A DNA stretch of 64,000 nt, from assembly GCA_030041155.1 (NCBI GenBank), contig JASHOJ010000187.1, positions 1,446-65,445 of the forward strand, given 5' to 3'. The stretch is from Candidatus Binataceae bacterium (GTDB lineage: Bacteria; Desulfobacterota; Binatia; Binatales; Binataceae). The translations under genes and the position numbers were made by a program. This document shows positions 53,904 through 63,698 of this stretch, piece after piece (positions within the stretch are counted from its first letter, which is position 1; the number at the start of each line of letters is the position of its first letter). The notes under the pieces are model-generated. The model ran no database searches, was not told where the DNA came from, and saw only the letters and a program-made list of their open reading frames with translations.

Positions 53904-55466
53904 ATGTCAACGGACAAGAACGATGGCGAGAATGGTTCGGTGTTGGCTCGAACTGCGCGCGAGGCCGTCATCTATGCGGTGCTGCTGAGCGCGGCGGTCG
54001 GCATCTACCTGATCATCCACTACTACGGCGAGCGAATTCCGATGCCCACGCGTCCGGCCGCACAACTCGGCCTCGTGGGCGGTCCGGCAACTGGTCATGA
54101 TGCTGACGTGATGCTCCACGTCCTGATCGCGCTCTCGCTAATAGTTGCGGTCGCGCGGGTAGGCGGAATCGTCTTTCACTTCCTTAGACAGCCAGCGGTA
54201 ATCGGCGAGATCGTCGCCGGCATCATGCTCGGTCCTTCCCTCCTGGGATACGTCTGGCCGAGTGCATTCAACTACTTGTTGCCTCCGATGGTCGCGCCTT
54301 TCCTGGACGTGTTGGCGCAGCTCGGGATCATTCTTTACATGTTCCTGGTCGGACTCGAACTCGATCCGCGCGCGGTCGCCAAGAATGGGCAGGCAGCGGT
54401 CGCGATTTCGCACGCGAGCATTGTGGTGCCCTTCCTGCTCGGAACCGCGCTGGCGCTGGTGCTTTATCCCGAGATCGCCGCGCAGGGCATCCCTTTCACC
54501 GGCTTTTCTCTGTTCATGGGTATCTCGATGTCGGTGACGGCGTTTCCCGTGCTGTCGCGCATTCTGACCGACCTCGGCTACAACAAGACGCCGCTGGGCA
54601 CGACGGTGCTCACTTGCGCGGCGGTTGATGACGTGACCGCCTGGTGCCTGCTGGCAGTTGTAGTAGGCGTGGTCGAAGCCCGCGGCACCGGCAGCATCAT
54701 CACGATAGTGATGGCAATCACTTACATCATTCTGATGATCGTCCTGGTGCGTCCAACAATGGTGCGGCTGAGCCTGCATCAGGAGGGTCGCGAGCGCCTG
54801 ACCCAGGGCATCATCGCGATCGTCTTCATCCTGCTGCTGATCTCGGCACTGACGACGGAACTGATCGGCATCCATGCGATGTTCGGTGCGTTCGCGATCG
54901 GCGCAATCATTCCCTCCGACAGCAAGATGGCGCACGAAATGACCGACCGGCTCGAAGATGTGCTGGTGGTTCTGCTCCTGCCGACCTTCTTCGCACTGAC
55001 CGGCCTGCGGACTCGCATCGGCCTGGTCAGCGGGCAGGAAGCATGGATTATGTGCGGACTCACTATTCTGGTGGCGTCGGTCGGAAAATTCGGCGGCAGC
55101 TTCATCGCGGCTCGTCTTACCGGGATGAAGTCGCGCGACGCGTCGACGCTCGGCGTGCTTATGAACACGCGCGGTCTGGCCGAGTTGATCGTGCTGAATA
55201 TCGGGCTCCAGTTGCGCGTCCTCAATCCCAAGGTTTTTGCGATGCTGGTGGTAATGTCGCTGGTGACCACCCTCGCAACCTCTCCGATTCTTTACTTGAT
55301 AAGGCGCGACGAGTTGAACGCGATGCGCACCGAGCAAGGCGCTTTTCCGGTTGCATGGTTTCAGCGCGCAATATTCAAGCATGTGGAGCTGCGCAGACGC
55401 GGAGCGCTGTCTAAGTCCGCTGATTCAAGCACGGGGGCGATAGAAGCGGCAACGCAGGACCGCTAG
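53904..55466 (+). CDS. Monovalent cation:proton antiporter-2 (CPA2, Kef/NapA-type)
   Basis: 'QPAVIGEIVAGIMLGPSLLG' and 'GLELDPR' signatures with ~12 TM segments. 520 aa. Confidence 0.8.
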   Translation: MSTDKNDGENGSVLARTAREAVIYAVLLSAAVGIYLIIHYYGERIPMPTRPAAQLGLVGGPATGHDADVMLHVLIALSLIVAVARVGGIVFHFLRQPAVIGEIVAGIMLGPSLLGYVWPSAFNYLLPPMVAPFLDVLAQLGIILYMFLVGLELDPRAVAKNGQAAVAISHASIVVPFLLGTALALVLYPEIAAQGIPFTGFSLFMGISMSVTAFPVLSRILTDLGYNKTPLGTTVLTCAAVDDVTAWCLLAVVVGVVEARGTGSIITIVMAITYIILMIVLVRPTMVRLSLHQEGRERLTQGIIAIVFILLLISALTTELIGIHAMFGAFAIGAIIPSDSKMAHEMTDRLEDVLVVLLLPTFFALTGLRTRIGLVSGQEAWIMCGLTILVASVGKFGGSFIAARLTGMKSRDASTLGVLMNTRGLAELIVLNIGLQLRVLNPKVFAMLVVMSLVTTLATSPILYLIRRDELNAMRTEQGAFPVAWFQRAIFKHVELRRRGALSKSADSSTGAIEAATQDR

Positions 55467-55522
55467 CGAGTCTCGCGCGCGTTGGGAGTCCCGTTATCTC
55501 CAAAGACCCGGCGTCTGGATTC

Positions 55523-57592
55523 TCAAGGTAGACAGACGTTATGACCATTAATTAGGCATTGTTGGGGCGGCGTCATTACCGGCGCCGCCAAGCCTATTAT
55601 CTCGCTGACGCTGTTGCTGAGTCCGTTCGTCAGAAAAACGTTGCCTGAAGCATCCAAAGCCAGCCCGTTGATGTTGTCAAACGGTGCGCCCGAGGGAGCG
55701 AAGTTATATCCAGTAGCGTAGTTGCTGGCGCCAGTCAGCTCGGCCACGCTGTTGCTGGCGAGATTCGCGACGAAGACATTGGCAGAACTGTCTACCACCA
55801 ACCATCTGGGATCGTCGAAAGCCGCTCCTGCGGGGGCGAAGTTGAGTCCGGTGGCATAGCTGCTGGCGGCAGTCAGCTCGCTCACGCTATTGCCGATGAC
55901 GTTCGCAACGAAAATGTCGCCCGCCGCATCCAACGCGAGCGATGCAGGATAATCAAACGCGGCGCTCGACGGAGCGAAGTTGAGTCCGGTGGCATAGCCG
56001 CTGGCGGCAGTCAATTCGCTCACGCTAAATGGGGGGTTAGCGTAGTTTACGACAAAGGCGTTGTTAGAGGCGTCTAACGCTAGCGATAGAGGATAGTCAA
56101 TATATGCGGCTGAAGGAGTGAAGTTGAGTCCACTGGTATAGCCGCTGATGGCGGTCAACTCGCTGACGCTGTTCGTGTCAAGATTTGCGACGAAAAGGTT
56201 GCCGGAAGTATCCAACCCCATCATGTCAGGAAGATTCATGGCTGCGCCAGACGGAGTGAAGTTGAGTCCGCTGGCATAGCCGCTGGCGGCGGTTAACTCG
56301 CTCACGCTGTTACTAGTAGAGTTAGTCAAAAAAAGGTCATCCGAAATATCGATTACCAGGTACTGTACATTGTCCAAGGCTGCGTCTGAAGGAGCGAAGC
56401 TTAATCCGACTGTATAGCTGCTGGCCGCGGTCAGCTCGCTGACAGTGTTAGTGGCGAGATTCCCTGTGAAAAGGTTGCCGGCGTTATCCATAGCCAGTGG
56501 GCCGGGGTACTGCAGATTCGCACCCGAAGGCGCGAAGTTGAGCACCAACTCCCAATTATCGGGAGCCGCGGAGAGCGCGGGTGCGAGCAAGCTCAGACCC
56601 GTTGGCGGTGTGACTCCGAAGATCGTGCTCACGTTGGAGCCTGGGTTGGCTACTATCGCGTGAACCGCCGCCAAAGTGTCAGATATCGCGGGCGTGGCTG
56701 AGCAATTAGTGCCGTTCCAACTGGCTCCGGCCGTGGCCCCACAAAAAAGCTGCGCGCATTGATTCGATGATGGTCCGGCGGTGTTGATACACGAGGCGAC
56801 GATGTTGGCCAGCGTGTTCAGCCGCTCCAGCGCGTCGCAATTGATCGGCGGTGATCCACCCTCGCAATCCGCCGCCGTGGGCAGAAAGCTGGCCGGGACT
56901 CCGCTGTCGCTCGCGCTGGTGCCCACGCTGGTTACCAGGTCGTTCATTGACTGGTTGATCGCCTTGCTGAAACCCGCGGCATTAGTCGAGGATGTGCCCA
57001 ATTGTGTTCCGGTAGTATCGATGAATTGAGTCAGAGCCCATTGCGCGGCCACCGTGGTCAGTCCATTTACAGTCACATAAGTAGTTCGGCTGAGGTTGTT
57101 ACAGGGTCCGGCTAGCGCCATCAGGCCGATTGCAGAGTTGTTTCCACTGCCGGGATTTCCGCCGCTGGCAACTATGTAAGTAGCCACCGCTTCATTGCCT
57201 GCTGGACAGGTGTACTCAAGGTTGAAATCGCCGGAGGAGTCTGAAGAGCTAGTCCCCAGAGCCATCGCGCCAGCTCCGTAACATGACGAGCCTGAGCAGC
57301 TATTGGCAGGGCCGGCGGCGTAGAGCGTCACCATTGCGCCGGCTATGCCGCCGGCACCACCTTGGACGGAGCCGGAAATCGAAAGTGGAGTCGGAGTTGG
57401 AGTCGAGGTAGGAGTGGGGGTTGGGCTCGCACTCGGCGATCGCGAACCGCTGCTGCCACAGCCGTACACCGTGGCAAGGCTCGCGGTCAGGATCATGGTG
57501 AATAGCACCTGCAGATTTACCCGGCTTGTGAACGGCCGCCATACGATTTTTTGAAAACGAGCGTCGCACCCCTTCGCCATTTTCCACCTCAC
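55523..57592 (-). CDS. Secreted NHL-repeat beta-propeller protein with Pro/Thr linker
   Basis: N-terminal signal/lipoprotein-like segment and a 'PTPTPTSTPTPTP' linker. About 7 tandem ~46-aa repeats (..GLALDASGNLFVAN..NSVSELTAASGY..). The start may be the internal Met at 57496. Confidence 0.65.
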   Translation of the reverse strand: MRWKMAKGCDARFQKIVWRPFTSRVNLQVLFTMILTASLATVYGCGSSGSRSPSASPTPTPTSTPTPTPLSISGSVQGGAGGIAGAMVTLYAAGPANSCSGSSCYGAGAMALGTSSSDSSGDFNLEYTCPAGNEAVATYIVASGGNPGSGNNSAIGLMALAGPCNNLSRTTYVTVNGLTTVAAQWALTQFIDTTGTQLGTSSTNAAGFSKAINQSMNDLVTSVGTSASDSGVPASFLPTAADCEGGSPPINCDALERLNTLANIVASCINTAGPSSNQCAQLFCGATAGASWNGTNCSATPAISDTLAAVHAIVANPGSNVSTIFGVTPPTGLSLLAPALSAAPDNWELVLNFAPSGANLQYPGPLAMDNAGNLFTGNLATNTVSELTAASSYTVGLSFAPSDAALDNVQYLVIDISDDLFLTNSTSNSVSELTAASGYASGLNFTPSGAAMNLPDMMGLDTSGNLFVANLDTNSVSELTAISGYTSGLNFTPSAAYIDYPLSLALDASNNAFVVNYANPPFSVSELTAASGYATGLNFAPSSAAFDYPASLALDAAGDIFVANVIGNSVSELTAASSYATGLNFAPAGAAFDDPRWLVVDSSANVFVANLASNSVAELTGASNYATGYNFAPSGAPFDNINGLALDASGNVFLTNGLSNSVSEIIGLAAPVMTPPQQCLINGHNVCLP

Positions 57593-58129
57593 CTTTCACC
57601 TGCGCACACCCCATCGAAGCTCGGGTGAATCACGCTTCTCGATTAAGATGACGACAGACGCTACATAACCAGATACGTTGCACGTCCCACGATTGACCTA
57701 ACCGCCTGAGCATGGAATGCCTTATTATCGCGAGCTTCGTTTGCTTTACAGCACTCGCGCTGCATAAGTCTACATCTGTGCCGCTTTTTTCCTGACAATC
57801 GCGGACTCCGCTGAACCTTTACCAGGTCAATCAGCACGATCAGGCAACGCCCGCCTTGCGCGCTCCGGAAAAGGAAATCTGGTGTCGCTCTGTCCTGCCG
57901 TGGGCGATGAATCTACCTGCGATCGAAAAAACGCGGCCGCCAGTGAGAGCGCCAGTCTTGAGGGCAATGTCCGCCGCGCTATCGATGTTCACGAGGAGAT
58001 TGACGAAGGTGCATTCAAGGCTCTCATCCGAGCGGCGGTAGCGCTGAACAAATCGTTGTCCCGTCGCAAGTAACGGGAACGAGTCCAAGGATTCGGCACA
58101 TCCAATCGCACCGGCGTATCGAGCCAGCC

Positions 58130-58555
58130 TTAACTTGCGAGTGACGCCGAGTTCGTCCACGAGCTGCCGTACAGCCCGCCCCGACGCCCTGATCGCGCGG
58201 CCCAAGCTGCGGTAACGCGCGGTGCAAATATAGGCGAACGGAACTTTCGTGGTTGGGTTCCAGATGAAATCCCGGAACGTTCGTCCGACCGCACCGGCTC
58301 TCGTGTCGCTATGATCCGGCCACGCTCGTCGAGAACGAAAGCGGCATAGCGACAACTAGTGGCACACCACCTGATATCGGTCCAATGCCGCGCGACCGCG
58401 AAATCCACATCGTGTGCTCGGGTCCCTAGGGACGGGTTCGCTCGTCTGGCTTCCTCTTTAGAAGGTCTGATCAGCGTGAACTTTCCGCAGTGCTTCGCGA
58501 ACTGCACTCCTCGATTCGATTTGGTTTGAACAGTGAGTATGATATCTATCTCCAA
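58130..58555 (-). pseudogene. Possible C-terminal fragment of a Bcp-type peroxiredoxin (truncated)
   Basis: 'GVQFAKHCGKFTLIRPSKEEARRA...AAFVLDERGRIIATREP' resembles the C-terminal half of thiol peroxidases. There is no N-terminal catalytic-Cys region and it overlaps the nikR upstream region. Weak. Confidence 0.2.
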
Positions 58556-58588
58556 ACATCATACCAGACCAAAGAAAGAGAGGGGCTG

Positions 58589-59071
58589 ATGCAACGCGTA
58601 ACAATAACGCTCGACGATGATCTGGTGGCGCAGCTTGATCGGTTTATCAACGGTCGCGGCTATCAGAATCGTTCCGAAGCGATCCGCGACCTGGCTCGTG
58701 CGGGTGTTCAACTGGCAACGGAACAAGCTTATCCAGAAGCGCAATGCGCGGCGGCAGTAATTTACGTTTATGATCATGAGACCCGCGAGCTCCCGAAGCG
58801 GCTGACCCGCAGTTATCACAACCATAGCGACCTTTCGGTGGCGACCTTTCATATCCATTTGAATCGCGAGAGCTGTATGGAAGTGACGGCGCTAAGAGGA
58901 CGCACCGGCGAGGTGCGGCATTTCGCCGAACATGTTATTGCAGAGCGTGGGGTGCGGCACGGCAACATCGTCCTTGTGCCAATGCCATCCGGAAAACGCG
59001 CGCATCGAAATGGCGCGAAAGGGATTTTCGCTTCGAAATCCCTCAGCCACCGGATAGTGCGAACCGCCTGA
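58589..59071 (+). CDS. nikR: Nickel-responsive regulator NikR
   Basis: 'MQRVTITLDDDLVAQLDRFINGRGYQNRSEAIRDLAR' ribbon-helix-helix domain. C-terminal 'YHNHSDL...CMEV' is a metal-site-like pattern. RBS AGAGAGGGG. Confidence 0.7.
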   Translation: MQRVTITLDDDLVAQLDRFINGRGYQNRSEAIRDLARAGVQLATEQAYPEAQCAAAVIYVYDHETRELPKRLTRSYHNHSDLSVATFHIHLNRESCMEVTALRGRTGEVRHFAEHVIAERGVRHGNIVLVPMPSGKRAHRNGAKGIFASKSLSHRIVRTA

Positions 59072-59099
59072 GGCGGTCGCCGCGCGCATCTCAGTAGCC

Positions 59100-60926
59100 A
59101 TGAGAAAAAAGCCTTTGCCAACGGAAAGGCGCATCTTGCGGCCCGGTCCACCCAACAGAGACATCAGGGATCAGGTTAGCCTTGACGTGTGGGGATTTTG
59201 CGACACGCATTTCGAATTCAAGTCTTCGGGCGCGGTCGAACTTGCTGGAGATCGTTACGCTCTCAGCGGGCACGAGCTTCCAGCTTTGAAACCTTGGATG
59301 TCCGGAATTCTGGGTGTTCCGCTGGACGGCAGCTCGCGGTTTGCGCCGGTATACCCGCCGGAGATTCCGGAGCCGATCCGTTCGTCGAATTTCTTGAAGG
59401 AGATAAATGGGTTCCTGACGGCAGACCAGCTCTCTGAGGATCCTGAAATCAGACTGCGTCACGGCCATGGCCACACGCAAGAAGAAATGTATGAGATCAA
59501 GCACGGACGACTTGACCGAATTCCAGACATCGTAGTCTTCCCGAGCGATGATAGGCAGGTGCGTCTGCTGGTCGAAGCAGCCGTTCGCCACAACGTATGC
59601 CTAATTCCCTACGGTGGAGGCACCAACGTTACAGGCGCGTTGCGATGTCCGTTGACCGAATCCCGAACCATCGTGTCAGTCGATATGGAGCGGATGAATC
59701 GCATTCTCTGGATCGATCCAATCAACAGAATGGCGCAAATCCAGGCGGGTGCTATCGGCCGTCAACTCGCCGCGCAACTTGCGGAGCACGGTTTCACGAT
59801 GGGCCACGAGCCTGACAGCATTGAATTTTCAACGCTGGGTGGATGGATAGCGACCAACGCCAGCGGCATGAAAAAGAATAAGTACGGCAATATTGAAGAT
59901 TTGGTGCTCGCTGTCGACGTCGTTACAGCGATGGGCGAGCTTAAAAGGACTTCCGTCCCTCCTCGCGAGTCCGTTGGGCCCGATCTCCGTCGCTCGATTT
60001 TCGGATCAGAGGGCAACTTTGGAATCATTACGTCGGCAGCGGTAAAAGTCTTTCCGTTGCCCGAGGTTCAGCTCTACGGCTCGGTCATCTTTCCATCGTT
60101 CGAAGAAGGATTCGATTTTTTGTACGAGCTGACTCAGCAAGGGGATCTACCTGCGAGCGTCCGCTTGGTTGACAATTTGCAATTCCAATTCAGCCAGGCC
60201 CTCAAACCGCGCGCCGCGGGATGGAAAGCCTATAAGAGTGCTGCCGAGCGACTCTTTGTCACGCGCATAAAACGATTTGACCCGGCGCGGATGGTGGCGT
60301 GCACTCTGGTGTTTGAGGGCACGAAGGACGAGGTCCAAAGACAACAGAATCTCGTCTATAGTCTTGCTCGCCGGCACGGCGGAATGGCAGCAGGAAGTGA
60401 AAATGGCGAGCGCGGCTATCAGCTCACCTTCAGCATCGCCTATATCCGCGACTTCGTGATGAACCACTACATCATAGCCGAGTCGTTCGAGACCTCAGTC
60501 GCTTGGAGCGACGCATTAAGGCTCTGCGAGAACGTCAAACGACGCGTCACCGAAGAACACCGGCGACGCGCGCTGCCTGGCAACCCGTTTATTACGTGCC
60601 GCATCACTCAACTCTACCAGACCGGAGTATGCGTCTATTTCTACTTCGCATTCTACTTCAAAGGCATAGAAAGACCGGCGCAAGTCTATCTTGACATCGA
60701 AGATGCCGCTCGCGATGAGATACTGAAGTCGGGAGGGTCCCTTTCCCATCATCACGGCATCGGCAAGCTCAGAAGAAAGTTCGTGCCGCGGATAATGTCG
60801 GCGCCCTCGCTTTACTGGAATTCCGAGCTCAAGAGGGCGATTGATCCAACCAACGTGTTTGGATGCGGCAATTTGGATCCGGCGCCGACGAAAGACGAGC
60901 TTGCAAGCTCGGCCCGTCAACTTTAA
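59100..60926 (+). CDS. FAD-linked oxidase, alkyl-dihydroxyacetonephosphate synthase (AGPS)-like
   Basis: 608 aa with a ~130 aa N-terminal extension before the PCMH FAD domain ('IPYGGGTNVTGAL'). C-terminal 'HHHGIGKLRRKF' as in AGPS. Adjacent to an acyltransferase. Confidence 0.55.
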   Translation: MRKKPLPTERRILRPGPPNRDIRDQVSLDVWGFCDTHFEFKSSGAVELAGDRYALSGHELPALKPWMSGILGVPLDGSSRFAPVYPPEIPEPIRSSNFLKEINGFLTADQLSEDPEIRLRHGHGHTQEEMYEIKHGRLDRIPDIVVFPSDDRQVRLLVEAAVRHNVCLIPYGGGTNVTGALRCPLTESRTIVSVDMERMNRILWIDPINRMAQIQAGAIGRQLAAQLAEHGFTMGHEPDSIEFSTLGGWIATNASGMKKNKYGNIEDLVLAVDVVTAMGELKRTSVPPRESVGPDLRRSIFGSEGNFGIITSAAVKVFPLPEVQLYGSVIFPSFEEGFDFLYELTQQGDLPASVRLVDNLQFQFSQALKPRAAGWKAYKSAAERLFVTRIKRFDPARMVACTLVFEGTKDEVQRQQNLVYSLARRHGGMAAGSENGERGYQLTFSIAYIRDFVMNHYIIAESFETSVAWSDALRLCENVKRRVTEEHRRRALPGNPFITCRITQLYQTGVCVYFYFAFYFKGIERPAQVYLDIEDAARDEILKSGGSLSHHHGIGKLRRKFVPRIMSAPSLYWNSELKRAIDPTNVFGCGNLDPAPTKDELASSARQL

Positions 60927-60947
60927 CGTCGGACCTTCAGGAGATTC

Positions 60948-62435
60948 ATGGAACCGTCCGGACGCGGCGCCTCGACTCTCACACGTATGGAAGCCCTTGA
61001 CGAAGCAAACTCGAGAGAAACGTGTATTGGCGGTCGTTCCGCGCCGAAACCGCGGGGCATCAGTTGGGCAATCCGGCAGCCCAATGGAACGGCTGTTATC
61101 CGGCTCTTTGGTTATGTCGTCGCGAAGGTGCTTCGCCGCGCCGCGGATTCGGTAACCGTCGACTTGGCCTCATTTGAATCAGCTTTGACGCGAGTTCCCG
61201 AGGGAACGCTAGTGGTTATCGCACCGTCCCATCGAAGCTACATGGATTTTCTGCTGTGCTCGTATCTCTTCTTCGATCAGCCGCAATTGGGCGTTGCGAT
61301 ACCCCACATCGCTGCTGCGGAAGAGTTCTCGCGCATACCCGTCATTGGCCGGCTTTTTGAGAAGGCTCAGGCGTTTTTCGTCAAGCGCGGCATGCGGCGC
61401 AAGGATTACGCAGAATTGAGAGAGCGCATCGCCGACCTGGTTAAACGTCGCCAGACATTGCAGGTGTTCATAGAAGGTACGCGAAGCCGCTCTCGTCAAT
61501 TCTTACGGCCGAAGCACGGCCTTCTTAGATGCCTTCAGGAAACCGGACAGCCCGCGACGATTCTGCCGGTAGCGCTCAGCTATGACCGTGTAACGGAAGA
61601 GGCAAGTTTCCTTCGCGAACTTGCGGGCCGCTCGAAGCCAAAGATGAGACTTCGCACCCTCTCGATATGGACCACTCGTCTAATGCGAGGAAAGATAAAG
61701 ATTGGGCGCGTTCACATCGCATGCGGTACACCGATCATGTTGGACGAGTTTGCCCGACTGAGAGATGTCGCCGAAGCAATCAACGGTCAACTTCAAGCGC
61801 AAACAGTGACCACCACGCTTCATCTCGGGTCTTTTCTCAAGGCTAATCAAATTGACGGCGACTTGGACTGGCTCTCATCAATGCTCAAGCTAAGGGGTGG
61901 ACAGGTCCTAACAAGCGAAAGCGATTTCGGCCGGGCCATTTCGCCTCTGCTTGAAAGATGTATGAGATACCATTGGATTCACCTGTTCTATGCAGAAGCT
62001 CGCACCCTATTTCCCGACAACGCTGCAATCCAGCATCATATTTCCCTGAATGGTTATCTCCAAAGCCCAGCCTTGACCGAACTACCACCTTCCGCTGATC
62101 CGCGGGTTCTCCAGTTGTTGCACGCACTGTTCGAGCCGATCTGCCAGAATTACGTGATGGTCATCGACAGCCTGGGAAAGCCTGGCGATTCGTTAGAGGG
62201 CATCAACGCCGCCAGTGTCCTTTTGAAAAATCCTTCTTCCTTTCTGCCCGACATAGAAGCTGCGTTTGATGCCCTGGTGAAGCGCAGAATTCTAGCGCAT
62301 GCGCAAGAACCGCGGAGCTACCGATGGGGCCGATGCGCCCCAGAGCTCGCGGACTTCAGACGCTCTTGCGTGTTCCGCTATCCCTTGATGGCGGTGGACG
62401 GTGCTCCTCGCCAGACGGAGGAATCCGAAGCCTAG
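60948..62435 (+). CDS. Glycerol-3-phosphate/DHAP acyltransferase family protein (PlsB/GNPAT-like)
   Basis: Motif I 'VIAPSHRSYMDF' (H-x4-D) and motif III 'VFIEGTRSRS'. 495 aa. Confidence 0.6.
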   Translation: MEPSGRGASTLTRMEALDEANSRETCIGGRSAPKPRGISWAIRQPNGTAVIRLFGYVVAKVLRRAADSVTVDLASFESALTRVPEGTLVVIAPSHRSYMDFLLCSYLFFDQPQLGVAIPHIAAAEEFSRIPVIGRLFEKAQAFFVKRGMRRKDYAELRERIADLVKRRQTLQVFIEGTRSRSRQFLRPKHGLLRCLQETGQPATILPVALSYDRVTEEASFLRELAGRSKPKMRLRTLSIWTTRLMRGKIKIGRVHIACGTPIMLDEFARLRDVAEAINGQLQAQTVTTTLHLGSFLKANQIDGDLDWLSSMLKLRGGQVLTSESDFGRAISPLLERCMRYHWIHLFYAEARTLFPDNAAIQHHISLNGYLQSPALTELPPSADPRVLQLLHALFEPICQNYVMVIDSLGKPGDSLEGINAASVLLKNPSSFLPDIEAAFDALVKRRILAHAQEPRSYRWGRCAPELADFRRSCVFRYPLMAVDGAPRQTEESEA

Positions 62436-63471
62436 ACTGAAGTTGTGCGCTGAGGGTCCGCAGAGTATGTGGCGATGAGGGCCGCCCTTTCTGCTCGATC
62501 TGTCTCACCGCTTCGACAATACCTTCGTTGATTGGAGTAGAACATCCGCGCTGTATTCCGCGGCGAACAATCTCACCATTTAGGTAGTCGATCTCGATCG
62601 GCCGTCCCCGTTCAATCGCGTAGAGCATCGATGATCGCATGCGCCGGAATTTGAAGCCGACCGCAAGCAGAGCTGCGTGCTTGAGCAAGAGCGACAATGC
62701 GAACCGAGCGCTCCTCTCGCGTGGTTTCATAGCAACCTTGTCGATTGCTAGCGTTCCGGCGACTGGTTGCATCTCAATCCCCTCAAGCCGGGCAATTTGG
62801 GCAACCTCGGCGAATACTTCTAATGCTAATCGACGCACGCTCGCGTACCTGAGCAATCTGCCAAGTGCTTCGCCACCAATTGCTCCGAACGGACTCGTAA
62901 CGCAGTTGATCGCAAGCTTGGACCATCGAACACCGCGCAAGTCGTCTACAACTTCAACTTCCGAGACCGCGCGCAGAACTTCGGCGATCCTTTCCGGTGA
63001 GGGACACGAAGCCGACGTCCCGCCGATCTGGAGGCGGCCCTTCGACGTACGCCGATAGCGGCCCGGCTGATCCATCGCGGCACCCCATCCGACGACGCAG
63101 CCGATAACGCGCTCGCCGGCTATCGCGATCGCGCGTTCCTCGGCCAGGCCGTTCTGGCATGTAACCACGATGCCGTCCGGTGCCAGCGTCGGCAGTACGT
63201 CCCGAAGCGAGGTTTCCAGCGCGATCGCGGGCGTGGCTGAGATCACAAGGTCGAACGGCGCAGTGGCTTGTTGCGGAGTCGCGATTGGCGCCTGGCAAGG
63301 TGAGATCGTCTCTGCGGGGCCATCAAGCTCCGCCAGGCGGAAGCCCTCGCGTTGCAGTGCTGTCTCTATATTTGGGTTTTTGACGATCGGGGTAATGTCA
63401 TAGCCCGCGCGAGTCAGCCGCGCGGCAATCACTCCTCCGACCGCACCGCACCCAAGAACCGCTATTCGCAT
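62356..63471 (-). CDS. panE: 2-dehydropantoate 2-reductase (ketopantoate reductase, PanE/ApbA family)
   Basis: 'MRIAVLGCGAVGGVIAARLTRAGYD' Rossmann N-terminus (internal Met of ORF 62356..63675). The C-terminal ~60 aa are low-complexity and overlap the convergent gene, so the true stop is unclear. Confidence 0.6.
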   Translation of the reverse strand: MRIAVLGCGAVGGVIAARLTRAGYDITPIVKNPNIETALQREGFRLAELDGPAETISPCQAPIATPQQATAPFDLVISATPAIALETSLRDVLPTLAPDGIVVTCQNGLAEERAIAIAGERVIGCVVGWGAAMDQPGRYRRTSKGRLQIGGTSASCPSPERIAEVLRAVSEVEVVDDLRGVRWSKLAINCVTSPFGAIGGEALGRLLRYASVRRLALEVFAEVAQIARLEGIEMQPVAGTLAIDKVAMKPRERSARFALSLLLKHAALLAVGFKFRRMRSSMLYAIERGRPIEIDYLNGEIVRRGIQRGCSTPINEGIVEAVRQIEQKGRPSSPHTLRTLSAQLQSRLRIPPSGEEHRPPPSRDSGTRKSV

Positions 63472-63698
63472 CAGATTGGTGCAGGTTAGCCCTCGGCCGC
63501 CTGCAATGGAATCAAGAACGACGCCTCTTCGATCGAGGTGAATCGCTCGCTCCATCTCGCGCAGCGCGCAGCCGCCCGGCGCGCAACAAGGAGACGGGTT
63601 CGAAGTTGATTTGAGAAGCGTTGGAGCAGGCAATCTGTTACTTGAAGTACCAGTTGTCGTGCCATGAAGGCTCATCGTGCGTGGGATGATGTAACCCC

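Noticed and set aside
54138-55382. 414-aa minus-strand ORF
   Set aside because: Antisense to the CPA2 antiporter. The translation is His/Arg/Gln-rich nonsense.
57345-57554. 69-aa ORF with GVGVGVEVGVGVG
   Set aside because: Mirror image of the Pro/Thr linker of the NHL-repeat gene on the other strand.
57840-58355. 171-aa minus-strand ORF
   Set aside because: Arg-rich, no motifs. It overlaps the weak peroxiredoxin-like fragment in another frame.
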